The notes beneath the pieces are model-generated. The model ran no database searches and was not told where the DNA came from. It saw nothing but the letters and a program-made list of their open reading frames with translations. A program made the translations under genes and the position numbers. From Macrostomum hystrix (Eukaryota; Animalia; Platyhelminthes): a DNA stretch of 64,000 bases. Location of the stretch: NCBI GenBank assembly GCA_950097015.1, contig CATNEN010000029.1, positions 7,192,001 to 7,256,000 of the forward strand. Reading direction: 5' to 3'. This document shows, in pieces, positions 54,725-64,000 of the stretch (position 1 is its first letter; each line of letters starts with the position of its first letter).

Positions 54725-56801
54725 CCATCACGTGTTGGCAAAACTGGCAGCCGCCAGGACCAACGGAGGTCTTGTTTCCGGTGCAAGTCGGCCTTCCGTT
54801 GCCCAGTTGGGTGCAAATCTTCGGACAGGGCCTGCAAAGTCGGTCTCTGATATCCTTGAACTGGCGCTCTTGGTTGCACTCTGATACACAGACGGATCCG
54901 TCTAGAAAGCTTCCTTCAGGGCAGGCGGTGCAGTTTGCTCGGTCAGGGCCGTCGCACTTGGAACACGACTGGTGACACGGGCTGCAAACGCGCTCGGCCT
55001 TTGAGTTGTTGATCTTCTCCCATTGCGCAGCGTCAAAAAACCAGCCGGGCTTTGCGTCGCACGCTTCGATGCAGGTTGGACCGGCCTTAACGGAGCGGCA
55101 ACGGACGCAGCTGGCTGGTCCGGGGCCCCAGCAGCCGTAGCGGGGGTCGCACTGCGGATCGCAGCTGTCTGGCCGATACGGACAGTTTGACGTGTAGACG
55201 CCGTTGATAACTTTGTCTAGGCCAATATTCCAGTTCGACTTGACTTCTACAGTGCCGGATTCAATTATCAATTCATCAAACGCTGCCTGTTTAGGCAGAA
55301 AGCCTGTGCATAGACTAACAGCTTTGGATCCGGCTGAATCCGGAATAATAAGGAATCCCACGCGTTTGTGAATGTAGCGTAGAGATGCCAGACCGAAGAA
55401 TTCAATAGTTGGAGAAAGAACCGACAACCTGCCGCTGTTCTTTTCTTCGGGCCGCCAGTCCAATCTCTCCAGTTTAGACAGGAAGGTGAGGTTTCGCAGC
55501 CTATTGTAACCGGGGAGGTTTACTAGGATCTCTCCACGAACTACGCGCAGTCGGCTAAACATTTTGTAGAGTTGTTCGATGCTCAATACAATCATATTCG
55601 GAGCTATTTTGCTGGAATTAAAGCAGTTGTGGTCGATAGTTATCGCTCCGTGGAACTCAGTGCACAACAGGCTCTCGTTAGTTAAGCCTTGATTAAGTGG
55701 ATTGTCGGAAGTGCATATTAGGCTCGCCGCATTCACAGCGATCTCGCAGATTCGCGATTCGTTAATCTTCACGCACAATCCATCGGCGTTTGGCGATCGG
55801 CCAGTCATGCACTTTCTAACACATGACCCGTCCTCCTTGAAGAAGGACTCGGGGCACTCTGTGACGCACACGGGACCGTGCGGCAGCATTGGCGTCTCGC
55901 TTGATCGAATGTACTGCGCAGCGCCAGGGTCATAATAGAGGTCTAACTCACAGTTGCGCACGCAGGATCCGTTCCTGTTGAAGTTTCTGCACCCCAGGCA
56001 CTGGTTGGGCAGGGATCCGTGGCAGCCGCCCAGGCACTGGTCTGAGCAGCAGCGCTCTGAGCCTAGCGAATCGACAAAGCATCGTTGGTACGGACAGTCG
56101 TGGGTGTTGAGGCTTCTACATCGAGTTCGAGGCTGACAGTGCCGCAGCTCGGGTCCCCAGCAATGCCGCTGTCCGTCTTCTGGCCACTCAGTGCAGTTGC
56201 TATGACAAGTGTTGTCCAGCTCGCTGCATTTGCCTTTTATTGTCACGACAGGAGCCGTCGGAAATCCAAAGAGCTCCGGGAAGCTGACGTGATGCTCGAT
56301 GTAGCATGACGACACTTCATAGAGCAAGACACCGCCGCCGATCAGGCGAAGGCTGGGAAAGGCGACGTAGGGCGTCTTCAGCGGGCAGCTGGGGTGAAAC
56401 GTCAGCAACAGGCTCGAGTTGCCACATCCCGTGCCACGGATCACCTCGAGGCTGTCGAATTCCAGCGGCTTGGAGAAGCAGGATTCCACCACTTTGACGC
56501 AGCCTGTCACCTCTTTGATGGTGCTGAGGAAGCTGAAGTCGAACTCATCCGATAGTTCGTCGAATTTTCTCTCGTCGATCCGTACCAGATGAATGTCGCC
56601 AATCACAAACTGGCAGCCGCGAAGTCTATTTCGCAGATTTTGCAGCTTGCGGATAGAATCTTCGCTAGTCTGCTCAGAGTCCTGCGTGCCAGAGCAAACC
56701 ACAGGTGCTCCGGGCGCAGCTTTGGGAGTATTACCCCGCCCGACGTCAACCGCATCGGTTAAGGGCAGCAGCGCAAGCAGCGCCACCAGGCTCAGCAGCA
56801 T
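54666..56801 (-). CDS. EGFR: EGFR N-terminal half: signal peptide, L1, furin-like, L2 and cysteine-rich repeats (ATG 56801)
   Basis: MLLSLVALLALLPLTDA, CQFVIGDIHL, FLSTIKEVTG, CWGP motifs, LRNLTFLSKLE, and repeated CxxCxxxCxxC units. No introns. Confidence 0.92.
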   Translation of the reverse strand: MLLSLVALLALLPLTDAVDVGRGNTPKAAPGAPVVCSGTQDSEQTSEDSIRKLQNLRNRLRGCQFVIGDIHLVRIDERKFDELSDEFDFSFLSTIKEVTGCVKVVESCFSKPLEFDSLEVIRGTGCGNSSLLLTFHPSCPLKTPYVAFPSLRLIGGGVLLYEVSSCYIEHHVSFPELFGFPTAPVVTIKGKCSELDNTCHSNCTEWPEDGQRHCWGPELRHCQPRTRCRSLNTHDCPYQRCFVDSLGSERCCSDQCLGGCHGSLPNQCLGCRNFNRNGSCVRNCELDLYYDPGAAQYIRSSETPMLPHGPVCVTECPESFFKEDGSCVRKCMTGRSPNADGLCVKINESRICEIAVNAASLICTSDNPLNQGLTNESLLCTEFHGAITIDHNCFNSSKIAPNMIVLSIEQLYKMFSRLRVVRGEILVNLPGYNRLRNLTFLSKLERLDWRPEEKNSGRLSVLSPTIEFFGLASLRYIHKRVGFLIIPDSAGSKAVSLCTGFLPKQAAFDELIIESGTVEVKSNWNIGLDKVINGVYTSNCPYRPDSCDPQCDPRYGCWGPGPASCVRCRSVKAGPTCIEACDAKPGWFFDAAQWEKINNSKAERVCSPCHQSCSKCDGPDRANCTACPEGSFLDGSVCVSECNQERQFKDIRDRLCRPCPKICTQLGNGRPTCTGNKTSVGPGGCQFCQHVMVTSGIRGRSNSNTEVSFTV

Positions 56802-57628
56802 CTTGAAGACAACTGGACTGAAGAGAGTTGGAACTGCAAAGCTCACTACAGATCTAAAAATTTGTCTCTAGCGTGACCGCTAATGTTCTGGATTCCTTTC
56901 TAATTTTCTGTCTCTCTGGTGGAGAACTAGCTATAGAGAACTAGCTATTTCCCTCTTGCTGGGGCTCGCTTGCAGTGTTGTAGTCTCGACTCCTCTCATT
57001 GTCTGCATAGCTCGGCCCTGATTTGATGTCACCTTACCCCCGCTATCCAACCAGCGGCCCTGCGTACGGAGTCACCCCACCTAAACAGCGTATTTGAAAT
57101 CTATAGTAAAACGAATGCGGCTCCACAAGAGCTCCCTGGACTGGGGGGGGGGTTCGCAGCCTTGTCAACAGCGCGCGCACACAAGCACACAAGCCAGGCA
57201 TTGGTTCGGGGCTGCAGAACAATACAAAAAAGCACCGGGAGGAACACAGGGCCCGCATCTTTACTAACTGCGGAGAGAGAGCTCAGGACAGACTTTCGAA
57301 TCAGTAAGAGGCACGAAAACACACGCACGCGAAGCTCAGACACGCCTTTACGCTTTGATACCTGGGCGGGCAGTGTAGAAACTTAACCAATGCAGTAGCA
57401 ATGCAATTCAACCCTTTTTAGACGGAGTGAGTCAGGCAGGCAGGACATCTGACTGTCATGTGATGCTCTGTTCTGTGACTTTCAGCTAGCTTACAATTTA
57501 ATTGTTTATCAGAAATCACAAATTCTGGTCTGCACCAGTCAGCGTTTGGAAGTAAAAGACAAAAATCAACAGTGAAGCTATGCTAAGCTGGACGTAGGTC
57601 CTGCAAAATCAATTGGAACTTAACAGTA

Positions 57629-58237
57629 GAACTACCAAGGGGGGGAATTTCCCCCCCCTGACAATTTTTTTGCTGCACCCGAACGGAGCTACGCAAGCAC
57701 ACGAAACTCAAGAACACGGGCCAACTTTTTGTTGCGCATCTTCTGAAACAAAAAACAAGTCGCCAGCTCTTCAGACCGTCGAGATATTCAATGTTTCTGC
57801 CGAAGGTCCGATTTTTCCCATAAGAGCTAGTGTATTTCATACACCCCTATACACGTAATTTGCACCTGCGCCTCAGTGCCACCTTGCCAGGCCTTCAAAC
57901 TTTATCAGCATGTCACCCGAATGTGCCTGCATCATCTCCGTCTTTGGTGGTCACCTACCTTTATCTAGACTGGACCTTCAAATGCAAAAAATGTGGAAAT
58001 AGGTCACTCTGGACACCCTGACGCGAATTTCTAAAATTTCACTGCTGAAGCCTAAATATTAGGCGCAGCTCAACTACAGTACACCATCGCCTAGTCTGTC
58101 AACCAATCAGTCACCACCCAACGCGGTTAGCTTTCAGCCGCTGCCAAAAAATGTTCTCATTTTTTGAGAACAAAATGGGGGGGAAATTCCCCCCCCCCCT
58201 TGGTATAAAAACGGGCGGCAAAATGGCTTGGTAGTCC
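57629..58237. mobile_element. Non-autonomous TIR element with probable TA TSD
   Basis: Ends GAACTACCAAG / CTTGGTAGTCC are flanked by TA (empty site AGTACT). Subterminal palindrome GGGGGGGAAWTTCCCCCCC near both ends. Confidence 0.65.
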
Positions 58238-58710
58238 TACTTATTCGCTTAACTTAACTCACTTAAGATAATTCATTTAGAAAGTTATATGATCATCGGA
58301 GGTGAGCTTATAGAAGCCAGGGTTGAAAGAAATGTGAAGCAAATGAATGGCTGGTCTTTTCATTATATACAATTAATTATACTTTCAGTGCAGTAGGACT
58401 GCAGTGGTGGAGTCTGGGTTACAGGTTTTTTTTAAGAAAAAAAGCGATTATGAAAACTTAGCTAAAGACTGGCAGGACAAAAGACTGAGAAGCTTGTCAT
58501 TAACATGACTATAAATGGTCATGGGTGGAATTTTTCATTATTCGAGGTAATTTGCAATCTACGAGTTTCTACGAGTATTGTGCAGACTAAAATGGTATCA
58601 CAGCACCTAAACTGTCTCTCTCCCATCTCTAACTATCGTTTCTCTTGTCTCTTGGCTTTTAATATGTAACAGCAAACAAACCTTATGAGGGTTTATTTCA
58701 TATTCACTGG

Positions 58711-58877
<167 letters not shown>

Positions 58878-60203
58878 CTCACTTGTATTTCAATGTGCAG
58901 TGTTATTTTTATTACTTCTGTTCATACTTTAGTGGGTAAAGAACTCAAAATTAAATCAAACTAAAAAATGTCTGGTCCCCGCTAGGCCTCCTAAAAGGTT
59001 TTGTAGGAGTGCTTGAGAAAGACAGAAGCAATCTTACCAGCAATCTAGGCATGTGAAAAAAATAATAAAAAGGAAATGCGTTCCCACATAACTCTAGCCA
59101 CATTCAGTCCCTGTCTCGATCGCAATAAACTCGTGATATCCTTATTCCTATCTGTAGTACGGAAAATAATGTCTAAAATAGTTCCACTTGTCCCCCAAGC
59201 CAGCCATTTTAAAATCGTTGGAAATTTCGCTGAAGGGCCAACCATGTTTTCCGTCTCTTTTTAAAAGAAAAATAATTTTTCTTTAGGGTCAGAAGCTAAT
59301 TACACAAACCAAGAACTCGAGTGGTTTGAACTGACTGTCTTGAATGCTTCAACAGTGGAGTCGCTTGAGTTGAGTCTTCTTTGAGAACAAAAAATACTGC
59401 TGAAGAAGACAATAGATTTAGACAGCTCTGGAAGAGTGCCTTGTTAAAAGGCTGCAATTTCCTGAATGCGTGCCGTGGCTCGCTGGCTAAACTGGTAACT
59501 CAGGGGTGGATGTGTGCGGAGTCGGGTGGGCCTGGGGTCAGGTTGCTGGGTGCAAGATGAATCAGTTTAGATTCTTGCAATCAAGTTTCCTAAAGCTACT
59601 CTCGTATTCTCACGCCTGAAAACACCGGAGACATCCAACTAAGAGCCGAGGTGCAGATGAGCCTGTCCTGAATAAAGGCGCGGAGTCGTGGCGGACACAC
59701 TAGGTTCAGCTAAAATGTAGAGAATTTATTCAGCTTTCTAATGAAACAAACATTTCGAAAATCTGTTGCACGATAGGGAAGTTGTGTGTTTTTCCATAGG
59801 TAGTGCATCCGAATTCCCTAAACGGAGCCGTCTATCCAGTTTCTACATTCAGAGCTCTATGGCTTGACTATAGGCTTAACTGGTAAGGAGGGTGCATAAT
59901 TAGGATTCTTCCATCAGTGCTTTCGTTCCGGCTTAAAAGCAGCCAGGAAAAGGCAGCCCTAGGAAGGATTTTCGGACTCGCGCTCCGCGAAACTAGAAAA
60001 TTGGCCGCAGGCAGCTCGACATAATTTTTTGACAGTAATTTAATATCCGAAAAGTTTCAAATAACAGGGTACCACAGGTCTGTTAGCTCGAAAAAGGCAG
60101 CCCGTTTTTCTCCATAACCATCAGTTGGATGCCTTTAATTAGCATTTCTCATTTGCTGCAACGGTAATGATGGTCGTCATCTAAGTTCATAAAGATGATA
60201 AAC

Positions 60204-60475
60204 AGGGGTTGTAGCCTTGTGGCTACAGCGTGGGACTCACGACTTGAAGGTTTTAGGTTCGATTCCAGACTCCCCTGGAACTGTTCGGGTCCTTTAGCAA
60301 GACACTTCATTGCTTCAGTTCACCCAGAATCAGTTGGGATAATTGAGGCTGGGTGTGGCTCCCCCCAGTCCATGGACTGAACAGCGGTACACATCAATTA
60401 TGCCCAATAGCTGCGGCTGTGCTGTCAGCTGCACATCGGGCCTGATTGGGGCAGTTGTTACCGATTATTATTATT
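60204..60475 (+). mobile_element. CORE-SINE family A copy
   Basis: Aligns end to end with 30768-31080. Confidence 0.85.
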
Positions 60476-60494
60476 CGATTTCTTTAAAGATGAT

Positions 60495-60640
60495 AATTCC
60501 ATGCTCTCTCCCACCCTCTCTCCCACCCTCTCTCTCACCCTCTCTCTCTCCCTCTCTCCCTTTCTCTCCTACCCTCTCTCCCACCCTCTCTCCCACCATC
60601 TTTCCCACCCTCTCTCTCATCCTATCTCGCAGTCCCTCTC
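60495..60640. repeat. Low-complexity (CTCTCTCCCACC)n-like tract
   Basis: Degenerate 12-bp pyrimidine repeat. Confidence 0.8.
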
Positions 60641-60778
60641 CAACCCTGTCGCTCCGCCGCCAGCCTTGCCCGTAGTTGCCAGCGGTCTGGCTGCGCTGCA
60701 TGTGAGCCAAACAGTTTTTAACCTAACTTGCTAATGACAGTAGTAGTACCTACTAAAAAAATGGGTCTCAAACTATTG

Positions 60779-60825
60779 ACTAGGGGTCTACAACCTCCGG
60801 TCCGTGGGCCAGGTGCGGCACGAAA
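60779..60825 (+). mobile_element. Possible hAT/Charlie-like left-end relic
   Basis: CTAGGGGTCTACAACCTCCGGTCCGTGGGCCAGGTGCGGC resembles Charlie-type termini. No partner end was found. Confidence 0.35.
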
Positions 60826-61253
60826 AGCTCGCAAATACAGCTCTTCAAGACCATTTAAAGGCCATTGCTCTGTCTCATATCTCCCATCTCTTCTGTCTCA
60901 TCTCTCCCTCTTTCCTGTTTCATAACTCTCCTGTGTCTTGTCTCGTCCGTCTCACTCTCATGTGTCAATATGGCCGTGCTGCATGCTATTTGGATTCTCT
61001 CTTCGGTACGCGATGAACGAAATTTTGCCATAGACAGATTGGATCGTGATTTAAAATTCGCTTATAAGCTTTGCACTTTATCGCCTGATGCCATAGACTA
61101 TGAGCTGCGTACAGCTTCTAAGGATCGAAAGAAAATAAATGGCTCAAGAAAGTGTTTATTTAGCAAGCCAATTTTTATTCGACTAAGAATTACTACTCTA
61201 ACTTGCCATAGCGGAAAGAAACGAAGCAAGCGAGGAAATAAAAAATATACAAC

Positions 61254-63133
61254 ATGGTGCTACTTGTCCGAGGCAAGCCAATCTCGCCAGATATCTTATC
61301 CAACCCTGAGAATGTGTTCATGCTAATTACGTCCAACATGGCCCTAGTGACGGCGGCCAACCAGCTCAAGAGCATGGCTGTGAAGAGATTCACAGGTCAG
61401 CAGGACGGACTGCTCTATCTACATCAGCGCGAGATGGCCGTTGTAAGCGCCGGTGATCCCTGCGTGCGGACTTTAGGCAGCGACGGAGCCACCAACTGCC
61501 TAGTGATTGTACTCAGGCGGGTCTCCAACGGCGACACCTGCATGCTGAAGTATGACGGCTGCGGCGCTGGCATCTTTGTGAAGGTAATTTTATTGAGTCA
61601 GATGAAATTCAAATTGGCGCCAAATCTTTCACCATATCAATAAACCCATATAAAGAGGGCTGATTGATAATTGGACGCAATTATGAACACAACGCAAACC
61701 CGAATCTCCAACATAGACGTGCGTGGAGCGGTTGCTTCGCCTGTCTCCGCAGCCACCTAGCCGGCTGGGTTTGCAGCTGGACGCCCATCTGGTCGGCGGC
61801 TTCCGGGATCCGGCTCTTGCGAGTATGAGATTAACTAGCGACCTTCTACTGGCCATGCAGGACTCACCGTTTGAGTTTCACCTGCGCACTGCCTGTGTTG
61901 AGCAAGCCAACAGCCGTGTCCAGGAGGAGACAGCCTATCCTGTGATTCAGGTGGATTTCCTCAGCCTTTTAACCCTTTAATTTATTATTGATATTTCCTA
62001 TTCTTTTCAATGGTAATTACCTTGGCTTATTTTCTTTAGGTCATCCAAATGAGTAATTTTTATCTACTACTGGTATGGTCGATTCCTTGACCATATCTAT
62101 GACCGGCTATCAGATTAGTCATTTTCTTATCGATAATCAGTCATCGGACAGTCTTTCCTTATCTATAATCAGTCATCGGACAGTCTTTCCTTATCTATAA
62201 TCAGTCATCGGACAGTCTTTCCTTATCTATAATCAGTCATCGGACAGTCTTTCCTTATCTATAATCAGTCATCGGACAGTCTTTCCTTATCTATAATCAG
62301 TCATCGGACAGTCTTTCCTTATCTATGATCAGTCATCGGACAGTCTTTCCTTATCTATGATCAGTCATCGGACAGTCTTTCCTTATCTATGATCAGTCAT
62401 CGGACAGTCTTTCCTTATCTATGATCAGTCATCGGACAGTCTTTCCTTATCTATGATCAGTCATCGGACAGTCTTTCCTTATCTATGATCAGTCATCGGA
62501 CAGTCTTTCCTTATCTATGATCAGTCATCGGACAGTCTTTCCTTATCTATGATCAGTCATCGGACAGTCTTTCCTTATCTATGATCAGTCATCGGACAGT
62601 CTTTCCTTATCTATAATCAGTCATCGGACAGTCTTTCCTTATCTATCGGCCTGAAACAAACACCACAGGGCGTGGCCTTCTGCGTGCGCCGGGCCCGGTT
62701 GACTCCAGCGGAGTTCGAGGACCACGGCCCCTGCTCAGCCCTGCGCGGCGCTCGCTTCCTGAGCAGCCAGAGCGGCGTTGCCTGCGTGTACGACTCGAGC
62801 CAGCCGCACCGCCTGGTGATCGAGCCGTTCTCCTACCGGCTGCCGCAGCCAGGCGGCCTCTCGCTGGACTTTCTCATCAACCTGACAGACGACAAGCTGG
62901 TGAAGTGCTTCAGCCCGTGCCCCGGTCAGGAGAGGACCTTGGCCTACGCCAAGCAGCTGCGCGACACCCTGCGCTTCGTGCGCGATCATCGCGTCCCGCT
63001 TGTTGACGTATTCGGCCGTGGCGGCATCGTTGAGACTCTGCGGCCGTGGCAGGGGCCAATGCTGCGGCCAGAGGAGCCGAGTGCCAATGCACTCAAGTGC
63101 GCCACCGCGCTGCCAAAGGAGGCCACTGCCTGA
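61254..63133 (+). CDS. NTAN1: Protein N-terminal asparagine amidohydrolase-like, ~342 aa, join(61254..61583,61717..61950,62669..63133)
   Basis: MVLLVRG, GLLYLHQREMAV, LGSDGATNC, LDAHLVGGFRD, FHLRTACV, YPVIQGVAF and DHGP..ALRGAR align with NTAN1. Both introns are GT-AG, phase 0. Confidence 0.92.
62133..62646. repeat. 32-bp minisatellite (ATCAGTCATCGGACAGTCTTTCCTTATCTAT[A/G])n, NTAN1 intron 2
   Basis: About 16 near-identical units, ending ~20 bp before the acceptor. Confidence 0.97.
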
Positions 63134-63444
63134 TGATTCAATGCTCAACTTGAACAAATATTTACAATGAGCCAAAGCGTTTCTACTGAACATTTCTTAC
63201 GAATTTTAATAATCCTGATTGGTACCAGCACCCGTTTCTAGGGATAAGAAATCCATTTGATTTGTCGACTATTAGACTGTGTTGCAGTGGTTAAATAATC
63301 CGAATAACCCAGCTCGTAATATTGGTAATATTTGAGTGTTTTGTGGAGTCTTCAATCTTCAAGAAGTTAAAATTGGTATAATGTATTTAAAAAATCCCGC
63401 AAATCTTACTTCAATCCGATTTCGGGATTTGTGCTTGAAATAAG

Positions 63445-63735
63445 GAGGTTGCAAAGGTCGGACACACGACTCAAAGGTCAGGGGTTCGATTCCAGGCTCC
63501 ACTGGAACAATTTGCGTACTTTAGCAATACACTTAACTCTGTATTGCTGCATCAAACCTCAGCGTTAAATGGGTACCAGCATTAGCTGGGGTAGTAGAGG
63601 GTGAGTGTGGCGTCTCCCCAGTCCATGGACTGAACAGCCGTACGCAGCCTTTGATATGCCGCGCAATAGCTGCGGCTGTGCTGTCGGCTGCACATCTGGT
63701 CCGATTGGGGTAGGTGTAATCAATCATTAATTATT
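63445..63735 (+). mobile_element. CORE-SINE family A copy (A box damaged)
   Basis: B box GGTTCGATTCC, CORE region, and 3' region GGACTGAACAGC...GCACATCTGG match 30768-31080. Confidence 0.85.
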
Positions 63736-64000
63736 GCTAATCTAAACAAGAAAAAAAATGGTTTAGGCAACCAAAATTAAATACGATCGACTGCTGTCAA
63801 AAATGCAGTTTCATAATTGTTAATGGATCTTTGCTCGTACAAACGTCTGACAAATGAAAATGGCTAGTGAAAGGGTCATTTCTTCGTATACAGATACCCA
63901 AAATCTTGATTTGACAAAAAGCGGAGTTTTCTATGCGGAATTAGCGAATTAAAGATTTGATTAATTTATTTTAGGAAAGATTTTCAGCTTGAGATGTAGT

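Noticed and set aside
54700-54731. 19-25-nt micro-introns explaining the EGFR frameshifts
   Set aside because: Too short for spliceosomal introns, and the analogous option at the second shift would delete a required cysteine.
52320-56871. Numerous plus-strand and alternate-frame ORFs over EGFR (likewise over TMEM145 exons 8-9)
   Set aside because: Shadow ORFs of GC-rich coding sequence with no recognisable domains.
59330-59560. Possible LINE 3' end on the minus strand
   Set aside because: Only vague peptide similarity and no tail or RT motif, so it is not supportable.

Overview
This is eukaryotic (metazoan) genomic DNA, not a prokaryotic locus: there are no CRISPR arrays, operons or rRNA/tRNA genes. 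Spliced GC-rich exons, minisatellite-filled introns, tRNA-derived SINEs and many DNA-transposon relics suggest a repeat-rich invertebrate, plausibly a free-living flatworm such as Macrostomum (inference only). Genes reconstructed by hand from GT-AG boundaries and phases: trehalase (+, 3 exons), TMEM145/GPR180-family 7TM protein (-, 9 exons), two tandem RPL29 copies (+), an LCCH3/GABA-A beta-like Cys-loop receptor (+, 8 exons over 18 kb), an almost intronless EGFR (-) whose frame is broken twice around one furin-like repeat, and NTAN1 (+, 3 exons) with Lys at the catalytic His position. Mobile DNA: a decayed Tc1/IS630 element, an internally deleted Helitron with a nested hAT MITE, MULE-, TA- and CTAG-target MITEs, a foldback element, and two SINE families (one a CORE-SINE). 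Most interesting: gene-private intronic minisatellites, including a 6.9-kb 26-mer array full of decoy acceptors and an inverted array pair; the double-frameshift EGFR; a possible NTAN1 pseudoenzyme; and an HDV-ribozyme-like core motif inside a SINE.
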